A program made the position numbers and the translations under genes. This document shows, piece by piece, positions 12,022-45,822 of a stretch of 64,000 bases of DNA (its first letter is position 1; each line of letters begins with the position of its first letter). Source of the stretch: Macrostomum lignano (taxonomy: Eukaryota); the NCBI GenBank assembly GCA_002269645.1, contig NIVC01000149.1, forward strand, positions 248,001-312,000. Direction: 5' to 3'. The notes under the pieces were generated by a model. It was given only the letters and a program-made list of their open reading frames with translations, was not told the DNA's origin and ran no database searches.

Positions 12022-12026
12022 ACTCT
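11970..12026. repeat. (CT)n microsatellite
   Basis: Direct reading of 11970-12026. Confidence 0.95.
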
Positions 12027-13182
12027 CTGCCAATATTGTTCTATATGAAAGCCTAGTAATTTAATTTATTTTTGTCCATTAATGTACAATTATTGACTAG
12101 ACTGAACCCATTCATCTATTGCCCTATATAGTTTTTGATTTGTTTTATTTAAATATATGGAATTGTGGACCATGTATATAAGCCCTAAAGATAACCACTT
12201 GTGTCAAAATGCCTTGGCTATAAATTTACTTGTATGTTGGTGTTAAACTTCATTTTTTATTACTTAATAAATGAGCATTGTTACCAGATATATTGTTATC
12301 TTTCCTTAGATAATATTGATGGTAGTGGTCATTTAAAAGCTATGGCTATTATAACATTAATACTCAATAAAAGCTTATAGCAATATATAATTAAAGTTTT
12401 ATATTGATAGGGTTTAATAGTTTTTATCTTAAAAAAATATTAGACCTTGTCCATATTTTGGTGCCTTTCCTTAAATTTTATAATAGGTCATAGCCTCTTA
12501 GCCAGACTCCGGATGGTATACATATACGCCGGAAAATTCCGGCGTACAGAGGGACCTAGATTACACATTGGCGTACAACTTGGCGTACAAAGGCGCCTGG
12601 CGTGCCCTCTTGGCGTACAGCTTGGCCAAGACCAGCAGGTGGGACCAAAAGTTCCGAGTCCCAACAATCAATCTACATAATTAGCATACAAAAATGATTA
12701 AGTTTGCATTTGGCATAGTTTCCATGTACATAGTTACAGTAGCTAAATTTTGATCAGAAAGAATGGCTGGCCCTTTACGAAAAAAACGGAAAACTAAATT
12801 TAAAAAACCGGGCTTAACCTTTCCAAGAAAGTAAAAGTAAAACAAAATTAGTTAAAATGAACTAGTTCTCTACAGTTTAGTAAAAAGATTTTCAGTTTTA
12901 ACACATAGGTTGATCAAATATTAAAATTTTGCAAGCTTTTAATATTAGTTGTAGTTTGTAATTTCTATTTTGGCGTATTTTTGTATGCGATAAAAAGTTC
13001 GTTGGCGTACATTGGCGTGCATGAGCTACGGAAGCAATTTTCGTTCCGGCGTACAGCGGTACACGATCCTGACCCTGGCCTCTTAGGATATGGCAAATGT
13101 TATAAAACAATAAAAATATTAGACAATATTATTGCTTGATATTATATTTATTAGTACTTTTTACTTCTAATCGATAGATAAG

Positions 13183-16100
13183 ATGGTTTTGTCATTAAAT
13201 AGAGTTTATTTAGCATTATTATTATTATACATTTATGGTTTATATAATTTATTAGACATTATTTTCATTTTTATGAAATGGTCATAATCTGTTTAGGCCT
13301 ATTATATAGTGATAAATCATAAAAGATAAAAATATGTATATTTCTTAAATTTATGTTTCCTTTAAATGAAACTAATACACCTATATTAAATTGAAATAAT
13401 TTCAGATTCAACAATTATGAATTTTGAAAATTCAACTATAGCTCTAGCTAATAAATTCATAGAAATCTATGGCTACAATGGAACTGTCTATGGAAAGAAT
13501 ATTACTGACTTTCTGTCTGGAATCACAATGAGCACTACTATGCTTAGTCGGCTATCAATACAAGAACAGGTAAGAACTGAAATAATGAGTATATATGCCA
13601 ATAAATTTAATTTTTCATTAGTGCAAAAGGTATAGAAAATTTTAGTGATGAAATTTGCTATAAATGTAATTCTTCCAAAATATGATTTAATTTAAAGTTT
13701 TAAATAGTTAGTTACACTTGTATAGCCAGACTATCGCCATCTACTCTACCCTCTCTACCCTCCCACAGTGTCCTGTCCAAGTGGACAGTCTTCGGCTGCT
13801 GCAATGGACTGAGGCCAATGCCAGCAGTCTGATCTCTACTGTGCTGGGTGGCGTTCAAACTCCTGCCTGCTATTCCAGGGCTTCATCAGCTGCTGCCGAG
13901 TTTGCAGCCGCCTCTGCCACAGCTGCAGCGCATGACAGGGAAACAAATCCCCTTCATGGTAATCTCTGACGCCAAAAATCTCTCTTTATAGTCAATATAT
14001 TTTTGGATCTCAAGTCCACAATTTACGATCCCAAAACCTCTACTCGCTGATCGAAATCCGAAAATTTGAATTGCCATTGTGATGAAGCTTAAATAATCAT
14101 TGATCCTAAAAATCCTTGATCTTTATGAAGCTTCTAGAGTCCCTGATCCATCAAAAATCCGCCAACTTGATGAAGCTTTAACAATTCCCAAATCGTCGAA
14201 AATCCCCCATATTGATGAAGCTTCTAGAATCCTTTATTCCCAAAAAAATCCCCCATATTGATGAAGCTTCCAGAATCCTCTATTCCCAAAAATCCCCACC
14301 ATTGATGAAGCTTTTGAAGAGTTCGCTTTTTCACACTAGAGAGAGGGAAAGAGAGAGAAAGAGAAGAGAGAGAGAGAGAATTATGTATAGTGTCTAAACG
14401 CTCGAACTCCCACTTCCAGACCCTAAGCCTGGGAACAAAATTTAGTTATCACTTACTGTTGCGGGCTCCTCTTCTTTGTTGGGCAGGTTCTCCGAGCTCG
14501 TTTCTTCGATTTCTCTTCTTTGTCGCGCGCGTCTGTAGAGCTTGTCTTCGCAGATCTGTTCCTCCCGGGGTGGTCTTCTTGAAGTGTAGAATCGGCCGAA
14601 AGTGAGAGTGTAACAATTAAATCGACGTCGCAGTATTTTCTCTAGTGCAGAATCAATATATTCCTCGAGTGCCGAAATTAATATATTCCTCGAGTGCAGA
14701 AATCAATATATTCCTCGAGTGCAGAAATCAATATATTCCTCGAGTGCAGAAATCAATATATTCCTCGAGTGCAGAAATCAATATATTCCTCGAGTGCAGA
14801 AATCAATATATTCCTCGAGTGCCGAAATCAATATATTCCTCGAGTGCAGAAATCAATATATTCCTCGAGTGCAGAAATCAATATATTCCTCGAGTGCAGA
14901 AATCAATATATTCCTCGAGTGCAGAATTCAATATATTCCTCGAGTGCAGAAATCAATATATTCCTCGAGTGCCGAAATCAATATCAAAGATGCGACCTAA
15001 TAACAAAATCAACTTCTATAACAATACGAGGTCCTCCAGAAAGGGCGTCTTCTTCTAGAACTAACGGAATCGGAGTCGTGTGCTCCTATCGGTTAATCTA
15101 GGATAATCCAAAATCAATCACTCGATAATCCTCTAAGGGTATCGGAATCGGTCCGCAGATCCTATCCAAGCCCTTAGGAAAATGGGAGGCCTCAAATTCA
15201 ATGAACTCAGCCAAATCAGCTGATCAGTAACGGCCGGCAATAAAATCGCTCTCAATAATCCAAATAACAAAGGCTCGAACACGGCTTACCGAACGGTATT
15301 GATTCCCTCAGAGATGTAGCCTCGCTTAGCTGCTCCAGCAAGCTTTGAGATCTTTGGTGGCTGCTCCGAGTCTGGGATTTCAGCTCGGATTTTGATTTGT
15401 ATTTATAGGCAAGTTTTCATTATATCAATAGTAACGTGATTCATTTTTCATCATAAGTTTTACGATAAATCATCTTTCATCATAAGTCGCAACATGATTC
15501 ATATTTCATAAGTCGTAAATGATTAATCTTTTATCAAAGTTTTGCTACCCATGTTTACGTTAGTCTACTTACAGTAGCTTTTTATGAATAATGGTGCTCT
15601 ACACTTCCAGAATCCTCTATTCTCAAAATTTCCCCATACTGATGAAGGTTCCAGGATCCTTTATTCCGAAAAAAATCCCCCATATTCACGAAGCTTCCAG
15701 ACTCCTTTATTCCCATCTTGGTGACGCTTCAGGAATCACCGATCCCCAAAATCTTTCCATCCTGCTAAAATTCTGCATTACTTAACAACCAAGTGCCGTA
15801 GAATCATCCACCATATTTATGAAGCCTTAAATCCCTGTGGTCTTTTATTATCATACCGATATTAATATTCATGAAATCGTTTGCTACGCGATGCCACACC
15901 CGCAGTGTGGGGCTACGGCCTGCTGTTTGTCACGCTCATCAACCTCTGCGCAGTGCTGGGCATCATCTTCCTGCCCTTCATGGGCCGGCAGTTCTACAAA
16001 CTACTCATGACGTTCATGGTGTCTCTGGCTGTGGGATCTCTCGTGGCCACCTCCCTGCTCATCCTGCTGCCGGATGTGAGTTAGGGATATTGGGCTGGGA

Positions 16101-19100
16101 TGAAGGGAGATGGGGAAGAGAAGACTGGGCTGAAGGGGAGATGAGGAAGAGGAGACTGGGCTGAGGGGGAGATGGGGAAGAGGAGACTGGGCTGAAGGTG
16201 AGATGAGGAAGAGGAGACTGGGCTGAGGGGGAGATGGGGAAGAGAAGACTGGGCTGAAGGGGAGATGGGGAAGAGGAGACTGGGCTGAGGGGGAGATGGG
16301 GAAGAGGAGACTGGGCTGAGGGGGAGATAGGGAAGTGCAGACTGGGCTGAGGGGGAGATGGGGAAGAGGAGACTGGGCTGAAGGTGAGATGAGGAAGAGG
16401 AGACTGGGCTGAGGGGGAGATGGGGAAGAGGAGACTGGGCTGAAGGTGAGATGAGGAAGAGGAGACTGGGCTGAGGGGGAAATGGGGAAGAGGAGACTGG
16501 GCTGAAGGTGAGATGAGGAAGAGGAGACTGGGCTGAGGGGGAGATGGGGAAGAGGAGACTGGGCAGAAGGGGAGATGAGAAAGAGGAGACTGGGCTGAGG
16601 GGGAGATGGGGAAGAGCAGACTGGGCTGAGGGGGAGATGGGGAAGAGGAGACTGGGCTGAAGGTGAGATGAGGAAGAGGAGACTGGGCTGAGGGGGAGAT
16701 GGGGAAGAGGAGACTGGGCAGAAGGGGAGATGAGAAAGAGGAGACTGGGCTGAGGGGGAGATGGGGAAGAGCAGACTGGGCTGAGGGGGAGATGGGGAAG
16801 AGGAGACTGGGCTGAAGGGGAGATGGGGAAGAGGAGACTGGGCTGAAGGGGAGATGGGGAAGAGGAGACTGGGCTGAAGGGGAGATGGGGAAGAGGAGAC
16901 TGGGCTGAAGGGGAGATGGGGAAGAGGAGACTGGGCTGAAGGGGAGATGGGGAAGAGGAGACTGGGCTGAGGGAAGATGGTTATTAAATGGGGTCAGGAC
17001 TAAAAAGTCTCATAAGTCTAAGGAGACAGCGAGAGGATGATAAATATGACAATGAAAATCCAGCTGCAACTTTAATCAGCCATGCTCACCCACCTGATGC
17101 ACTGCAGTCTCTTCAGTTGGCCTTCATCCACGAGGAAGTGAACTTTGCCAACTTCAGCCTGGTGGAAGAGCACCACCACCACCTGTTCCGGGCAGAGCGG
17201 CCCAGCCACGCCACCTGGGAGGATTTTCACTCTCAGCATCCCTGGTACCTGTGGCGCTGTTGCGTGGTGTTCTTGGGTATCTACCTGTTCTTCTTGATTG
17301 AGCGGCTGCTCAAAGAGCTCATCAGGTGGAAGGTGAGGGCTAAGGAGGGAATTTATTCCCCTTGCAGGTACCCACTGACCCTCACTGTGGATATCAGATC
17401 TCTGAGTATATCAGATCTCTGATGATATATGATTAGATCCCTAAGTGTATCAGATCCCTGAGTGTATCAGATCCCTGAGTGTATCAGATCCCTGAGGATG
17501 TATCAGATCCCTGAGTGTATCAGATCCCTGAGGATGTATCAGATCCCTGAGTGTATCAGATCCCTGAGGATGTATCAGATCCCTGAGTGTATCAGATCCC
17601 TGAATATATCAGATCCCTGAGGATGTATCAGATCCCTGAGTGTATCAGATCCCTGAGGATGTATCAGATCCCTGAGTGTATCAGATCCCTGAATATATCA
17701 GATCCCTGAGGATGTATCAGATCCCTGAGTGTATCAGATCCCTGAGGATGTATCAGATCCCTGAGTGTATCAGATCCCTGAGGATGTATCAGATCCCTGA
17801 GTGTATCAGATCCCTGAGGATGTATCAGATCCCTGAGTGTATCAGATCCCTGAGTATGTATCAGGTCCCTGAGGATGTATCAGGTCCTTCAGTATGTATT
17901 TTTTAAACCAAATAATTACTTACTATATTTATAAAAGTATGCACTTTTTCAATACTGATTTAGCCGGCAATATGCAACTGTTAACCAAGCCATTAAGCGA
18001 TTATCAACCACTTGTATCAAGCCTCTATAATTATTTGTTGATATTCAATCGAACCTTAGCAACCGGTTGCCACGGCCGCCACTGGCGCAGCTGCCGCCGC
18101 CTCCGCAAAGCATCAGCACAGTCACCAGCAGTCCAGGGAGCGACTCCCGTCCTGCAGCATGAACATCGAGCGGAAGCCGACTCGCTCTGACAAGCAGATT
18201 CGATACGCCAGGCCCGACGGCAGCCGCGGCTGCGCGCGCTGCGGCAACGACGACTTCGACAACGCCTTCGCCGAGGAGTCGACGCCGAAGCTGGTTCTGG
18301 AAGTCGAGGCGGCGATGCTGCCTAAGACGGTTTGTGTCTCCGAGTTGTTTGAATGAGCGGCTGTTTTGGTTTCTGAGGCTGCGGGGATCCTGATCTCCCC
18401 TGGCTGTGGGATCTTGGGAGTCATAGGCTGGGATTTTGAGATTCATAGGCTAGGATCTTGGGAGTCATAGGCTGGGATTTTGAGATTCATAGGCTGGGAT
18501 CTTGGGAGTCATAGGCTGGGATTTTGAGATTCATAGGCTGGGATCTTGGGAGTCATAGGCTGGGATTTTGAGATTCATAGGCTGGGATCTTGGGAGTCAT
18601 AGGCTGGGATTTTGAGATTCATAGGCTGGGATCTTGGGAGTCAGAGGTTTTAATTTTGGGAGTCATAGACTGGGATCTTGGGAGTCATAAGCTGGGATCT
18701 CGGGAGTCATAGGCTGGTATTGCGGGAATCATAGGCTGGGATTTCGGGAATCATAAGCTGGGATTTTTAGAGTCGTAGGTTCGGATTTTGTTACACGTAG
18801 TCATAGGCTGGGATCTTGGGACTTGATATCACCACTATCTTTTCCCATTTGTACACTTTGCAACTGGAACCATTTTTGCTCAATAAAAACTGATTAATAA
18901 ATTACAGATTCATAAATACAGCAAAGCAAAATGCAGGTAACAATATGCTCATACTATATTTATAACGGACAGTTTAGTAATTTTCTGCTTTCGCGTCCTA
19001 CTTCCCGCTCTGCTTATTCTAACGGACCATTTTCTAAGAAACCCTACCTACGCCCGCCGTCCAGGGCGGCCAGGTCGGCAGTTCGCAGCCGGACACGGTG

Positions 19101-20720
19101 GCTCCCTCGAGCGCCGCGGCGTCAGGTGACCACAGCGTCAGCCTGGCGACAAACTGCAGCGCCAAGGCTCGCCCGGCCGACGCCGCCACCGCCGCAGTTG
19201 CCGATGAAAAGAAGCTGACAAGGAACGGCGGCCTCTGCGACGACCGCGACGGCGTGTCAACCCGGCTGGCGAAGGTGCAGCCGGTGGCCTGGATGATTCT
19301 GCTCGGCGACGCGCTGCACAACTTCATCGACGGCCTGAGCATCGGGGCGGCCTTCACCCGGTCGACTCTGAGCGGCGTCAGCATCTGCCTGGCGGTGCTG
19401 TGCGAGGAGCTGCCGCACGAGCTCGGCGACTTCGCCATCCTGCTGTCAGCCGGGATGTCCATGCCGATGGCGCTGCTGTGCAACTTCTTGTCCGCCTGCA
19501 CCTGCTACCTGGGCTTTGCGCTGGGCGTCTGGCTGGGAGAGACCGGCGCCAGCGTGTGGATCTTCGCCGTCGCCAGCGGCATGTTCTTGTACATCAGCCT
19601 GGTGGACATGGTGAGCTGCGTTGGGATCTCTGACGGGTTCTGGTGTCCGACAGGTAGGGATCATTGGATAGATTGGGATCTCTGTCAGGCAGGTTGGGTC
19701 AGGCAGGTTGGGATCTCTGACAGGTTTGGATCTCTTACAGGTTGGGATCTCTAACGGTTTGGGATCTCTGACAGGTTGGGATCTCTAACGGTTTGGGATC
19801 TCTAACGGTTTGGGATCTCTGACAGGTTGGGATCTCTGACGGTTTGGGATCTCTGACGGTTTGGGATCTCTAAAAGGTTGGGATCTCTAACAGGTTGGGA
19901 TCTCTGACGGTTGGGATCTTTAACAGGTTGGGATCTCCGACAGGTTGGGATCTCTAACAGGTTGGGATCTCCGACAGGTTAGGATCTCTAAAAGGTTGGG
20001 ATCTCTAACAGGTTGGGATCTCTAACAGGTTGGGATCTCTGACGGTTTGGGATCTCTGACAGGTTGGGATCTCTAACGGTTTGGGATCTCTGACAGGTTG
20101 GGATCTCTAACGGTTTGGGATCTCTAACGGTTTGGGATCTCTGACAGGTTGGGATCTCTGACGGTTTGGGATCTCTGACGGTTTGGGATCTCTGACGGTT
20201 TGGGATCTCTAAAAGGTTGGGATCTCTAACAGGTTGGGATCTCTGACGGTTGGGATCTTTAACAGGTTGGGATCTCCGACAGGTTAGGATCTCTAACAGG
20301 TTGGGATCTCTAACGGTTTGGGATCTCTAACGGTTTGGGATCTCTGACAGGTTGGGATCTCCGACAGGTTGGGATCTCCGACAGGTTGGGATCTCTGACA
20401 GGTTGGGATCTCCGACTCTTGGGTATTATGGGGAAGGTTTGGATTCTCTGACAGGTTCAGGTTGGGATTATTTTACAGGGTAGGATGTTGGGTCAGATCG
20501 CAGCCATAACTTGGCATGGACTCTGAGAGTGAATCGCGAATTCCCTCGCCCCATTTCCCTCCAGATGCCGGAGGTCAGCTACTCGATGGAGGAGCCTGGG
20601 GCCAAGCAGCTGGGCAAGGCGAAGATCTTCCTGCTGCAGAATGTCGGCCTGTTCGCCGGCTTCGGCGCAGTGCTGACGCTGGCCATCTACGGCGGCAACA
20701 TTCAGCTTGGCGGAGAGTGA
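13183..20720 (+). CDS. ZIP (SLC39A) metal transporter, LIV-1 subfamily, ZIP8/ZIP14-like, copy B, ~588 aa
   Basis: Phase-compatible exons: 13183-13237 (signal-peptide-like [18 protein letters not shown]; tentative), 13406-13569, 13769-13958, 15906-16075, 17117-17332, 18060-18329, 19065(or 19089)-19610, 20565-20720 (TGA). Motifs [10 protein letters not shown] and [11 protein letters not shown]. Confidence 0.93.
14338..15600. mobile_element. Unclassified ~1.26-kb insertion interrupting an older AT-rich repeat in a ZIP B intron
   Basis: The same gatgaagcttccagaatcctttattcccaaaaatcccc units lie on both sides (14030-14320 and 15601-15780). Possible acact direct repeat at 14333-14337 and 15601-15605. 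Starts with a GA-rich tract and contains a 25-bp array. Boundaries are ambiguous. Confidence 0.5.
14640..14985. repeat. 25-bp minisatellite (gcagaaatcaatatattcctcgagt), ~14 copies
   Basis: Direct tandem array with one CTCGAG per unit. Confidence 0.95.
16095..16975. repeat. 31-bp purine-rich minisatellite (gggctgagggggagatggggaagaggagact), ~28 copies
   Basis: Tandem array starting about 20 nt after the 16075 donor. Confidence 0.95.
17390..17890. repeat. Alternating 17/19-bp minisatellite (tcagatccctgagtgta / tcagatccctgaggatgta), 36-bp higher-order unit
   Basis: Direct reading. It gives the [12 protein letters not shown] pseudo-ORF. Confidence 0.93.
18395..18825. repeat. 22-bp minisatellite (gtcataggctgggatcttggga / ttcataggctgggattttgaga)
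   Basis: Tandem array in a ZIP B intron. Confidence 0.9.
19620..20420. repeat. 17-bp minisatellite (ggttgggatctctgaca)
   Basis: Fills the last intron of ZIP B. Confidence 0.95.
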
Positions 20721-20864
20721 CGGAGGGCCGCCCTGTTCAGTCCTGACTGTGTGGGCAGCTGAAGCTGGAGGCGTTGTTCTTGATCATCGGGCCAGTTTTG
20801 CTCCAAGTTAAATACATAGGCGCGAATTTCGCTTCCTTTGAGCTGTATTGAATGGAGTTTGGCC

Positions 20865-21185
20865 ATAGAAAGATTCTGTCGAGACAGATTTGGCCATAGA
20901 CAGATTTGGCCATAGACAGATTCGGTCGAGACAGATTTGGCCATAGAAAGATTCGGTTGAGACAGATTTGGCCATAGACAGATTTGGCCATAGACAGATT
21001 CGGTTGAGACAGATTAGGCCATAGACAGATTCGGCCATAGACAGATTTGGCCATAGACAGATTTGGTCGAGACAGATTTGGCCATAGACAGATTCGGTTG
21101 AGACACATTTGGCCATTGACATTTGGCCATAGACAGATTTGGCCAGAGACAGATTCGGTGAGACAGATTTCGCCATAGACAGATC
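20865..21185. repeat. ~15-16-bp minisatellite (agacagatttggccat / agacagattcggtcg)
   Basis: Tandem array just 3' of ZIP B. Confidence 0.9.
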
Positions 21186-21794
21186 GGCGCGCTAGAAAAA
21201 GTACATTAAAGGGACAGGAACAACAAAAAATTTCACCAATGAATTTTGCAGCGAAATTGTAGCAGCCTTCCGCTTCAACTGCCCGCCTGAAGGTGTCGGT
21301 TGGCATCTGTGTTTTAGCAGTGGAAGCTATTTTTAACTAGAATGGAATTCTTTTTTAAGGGTTTTATTGTCATACTGTTTTGCATCATTTTTGCATGAAA
21401 ATATCCGCGTGTTGTCAGCAGTAACTTTGCTAATTGCAAATTTTTTTATTGAAGTCTTCAGCCGGCATTCGAAGTCATTGCTGATAGTCGATAAACACCT
21501 GGATTTATGATTTATTCCAAACTTTGCGCTAATGCGGCTGGTTTGCTTGATGAAACAATTTTTTTCTTTTTTTCCTATTGATAAGCTTGTATGTGGCCTG
21601 CAATTCTGTTGAAGTTCTGTCATTTTATGTTTTTTCTCTTGTCGCCTTTTAAATTTTTGTGTAGCTAGCAGCTGCTTCTGGAGGTTTTTTTATTGATCCT
21701 CTTGAATTGATTTGATTTTGCAATATTTCTCTGGTTTATGAATTGTACTTATGGCTTCATTGTCTCCAGCTTTTATGGGATGCTTGAATTTTAA

Positions 21795-22135
21795 CCATAA
21801 CCCTAGCCCTAGCCATAGCCCTAGCCATAGCCTTAGCCCTAACCCTAGCCATAGCCCTAGCCCTAACCCTAGCCCTAGCCATAGCCCTATCCCTAGCCCT
21901 AGCCCTAGCCATAACCCTAGCCGTAGCCATAGCCATAGCCATAACCCTAGACATAGCCCTAGTCATAACCCTAGACATAACCCTAGTCATAGCCCTAGAC
22001 ATAACCCTAGCCCTAGACATAACCCTAGCCCTAGCTATAACCCTAGCCATAGCCATAACCTTAGCCATAGCCATAACCCTAGCCATAGCCCTAGCCCTAG
22101 CCCTAGCCAAAACTTTAGCCCTAGCCATAGCCCAA
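21795..22135. repeat. Degenerate hexamer array (ccctag/ccatag/ccataa), telomere-like
   Basis: A 6-nt register is kept over ~340 bp; ccctaa occurs rarely. Confidence 0.85.
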
Positions 22136-23744
22136 CCAGCCTATTATTGCATACAATGAGATCAAGTCTAGCCCCAATAAAAAATTCAAGCATCCAATCA
22201 TGACGAAGCATTAGGGAGGACTATTCACAAGCTATAAATCACCTTATCACCGCGTGTCTCCCTGCTCTCCACTGCATTGTGGAGAGCATTTTTCAGACAG
22301 TTGGACCAATGGAATCTTGAAACTTTCTGATGCTTTTTGTCCATTCTGCGCTCTGCTTTAGATTAGATTTTGGTTAGAGGGTTTAGCACTCTAGCGATCT
22401 TTTTTTAATTAGCTTTTTCAGCTACTGTTAGTAGAACAGCTGCACATTTTTCCGTTTTTGTGTAGTATTATTTCGGTACATATAAATGTTAATTTGCTGT
22501 GATTTTCAATGCCAATAAAGAAAATTTCAGCAACTTTGAATTGGTTGTGCTCAATTTCTAAACTTAATTAGTCCTTGATTACGGTAATAAATCACTAGTA
22601 GTAAATCACTATTAATAAATCATTAACCATGTCGTAATTTCGTTTTGAGGAATGTTATATCCTCTCTACGCTACTCTTGAATTTTGCTGGCTAAGTAGCC
22701 AGTTGCAGCTATTAGTTTTATTTTTTAATTGGTGGGTTCTGCAAAAGCAGCAATTCATAAAGAGAATTGGTGCGAGGTGCCTCAGCTCAGATTGAATGCG
22801 CCCTCAAGTGCTTCGGCTGCCCTCTGGGACCTGACCTCCTCATTCACCAGATTGCTTGTGCGCAGCTCAGTTATGGAAGCGCTGAAGTCCATGGAGAGCA
22901 GCTCTTCCATTGCTGGCAACGGTATTAAAGATGGGAGAGATTTTCTGAGTGCATGGCAATGTTTATGCAAATTGAACTGGATATCCACTGAGTCTGTCTG
23001 CCAGTTAGTACTTCTGGGTTGGGCTCTTTAGTATATCTATCTGGCAGACAGACAATAAACAAACGGACACAGACATGGACAGACGGGCAGACAGTCAAAC
23101 AGGCAGATGCAGACAGACGGACAGGCAGACAAACAGACACACAAAGACAGACAGACATACAAAGACAGACAGACGCAGGTTGAATGAAGGCAATACACCA
23201 GTTTTGAAAACTTTATAGATAGTGTCAATATATACGAGTACTATGTTTATTAATTTCAGGACAATAAATCTTCGAAATCAGTCGCAAGTCGCGGCTATTC
23301 AGTTGGAGTTTTACGAGTAACAGAAACAACCGGCTGAAGAAATAATTGATTTTACGGGAAGCGACTCTATTAGTAAAGTTTTACGCAGTTGGAGTTCAAA
23401 CAGAGGCATAATGGGAAATATTAAGCCCGATTGCGGTGCAGACGCTTCGGTCGTACTTTTAAGTTTATTGCATCGGTGGAATTTCAGTCCAGATTGATAG
23501 GACTTAAAATCTGTTGCTCATAAAGTAGAAAAAAGCAGCTACATGTAGTATCGCAGGAGCAGAGTTTAACTCTAAAGTAAACATGGGAAACTCGTGCATG
23601 AGCTCGGCTATCTGTACAGGCATGGCCCAGATTTTAACACCGAGCGCATTTGGCTTATTGTCTCATTTGTCCTTTGGGTCAGCCTTGCTTGCTTAAACAC
23701 ACTTTGCAAAGCGTTCATTTACGAGATTTTTTGTTTATGCTCAT

Positions 23745-24790
23745 TGAGTCACCCAATCAGAAACTCGTGTTGAGTCACCCAATCAGACACTCGTTGAGTC
23801 ACACAATCAGACAACCGTTGAGTCACCCAATCAGACACTCATTGAGTCACCCAATCAGACACTCGTTGAGTCACCCAATCAGACACTCATTGAGTCACCC
23901 AATCAGACACTCATTGAGTCACCCAGTTAGACAACCGTTGAGTCACCCAATCAGACACTCGTGTTGAGTCACCCAATCAGACACTCGTTGAGTCACACAA
24001 TTAGACACTCATTGAGTCACCCAATCAGACACTCGTTGAGTCACCCAATCAGACACTCATTGAGTCACCCAATCAGACACTCATTGAGTCACCCAATTAG
24101 ACAACCGTTGAGTCACCCAATCAGACACTCGTTGAGTCACCCAATCAGACACTCGTTGAGTCACCCAATCAGACACTCGTTGAGTCACCCAATCAGACAC
24201 TCATTGAGTCACCCAATCAGACACTCGTTGAGTCACCCAATCAGACACTCATTGAGTCACCCAATCAGACACTCATTGAGTCACCCAATTAGACACTCAT
24301 TGAGTCACACAATTAGACAACCGTTGAGTCACCCAATCAGACACTCGTTGAGTCACCCAATCAGACACTCGTTGAGTCACACAATTAGACAACCGTTGAG
24401 TCACCCAATCAGACACTCGTTGAGTCACCCAATCAGACACTCGTTGAGTCACCCAATCAGACACTCGTTGAGTCACCCAATCAGACACTCGTTGAGTCAC
24501 CCAATCAGACACTCGTTGAGTCACCCAATCAGACACTCGTTGAGTCACCCAATCAGACACTCGTTGAGTCACCCAATCAGACACTCGTTGAGTCACCCAA
24601 TCAGACACTCGTTGAGTCACCCAATCAGACACTCGTTGAGTCACCCAATCAGACACTCGTTGAGTCACCCAATCAGACACTCATTGAGTCACCCAATCAG
24701 ACACTCGTTGAGTCACCCAATCAGACACTCGTTGAGTCACCCAATCAGACACTCGTTGAGTCACCCAATTAGACACCCGTTGAGTCACTC
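23745..24790. repeat. 24-bp minisatellite (ttgagtcacccaatcagacactcg), ~43 copies
   Basis: Direct tandem array ending about 90 bp from the Nav stop codon. Confidence 0.97.
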
Positions 24791-24881
24791 GGCACTCATT
24801 TAATCCCAACATGCGCTCATGAGCACACGGCTTCAATCCCCAAGCAAGCGGAATTGAGTACAGGAGGGCCAGGCTGCTTAG

Positions 24882-45822
<20,941 letters not shown>

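Noticed and set aside
9840-13180. Metal-response elements (TGCRCNC) in the ZIP intergenic spacer
   Set aside because: No cluster was found by eye; a motif scan would be needed to exclude isolated sites.
14640-14985. Regular short repeats resembling a CRISPR array (also 23745-24790 and others)
   Set aside because: Units are contiguous with no unique spacers, there are no cas genes, and the context is eukaryotic.
21190-23040. Short minus-strand ORFs (MPTDTFRR..., MTELQQ..., MDIQFN...) between ZIP B and Nav
   Set aside because: I could not join them into a phase-consistent model or recognise a domain. A hidden gene or pseudogene is not excluded; a BLASTX search would decide.
23961-24803. 280-aa LSHPIRHS ORF
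   Set aside because: Translation of the 24-bp satellite.
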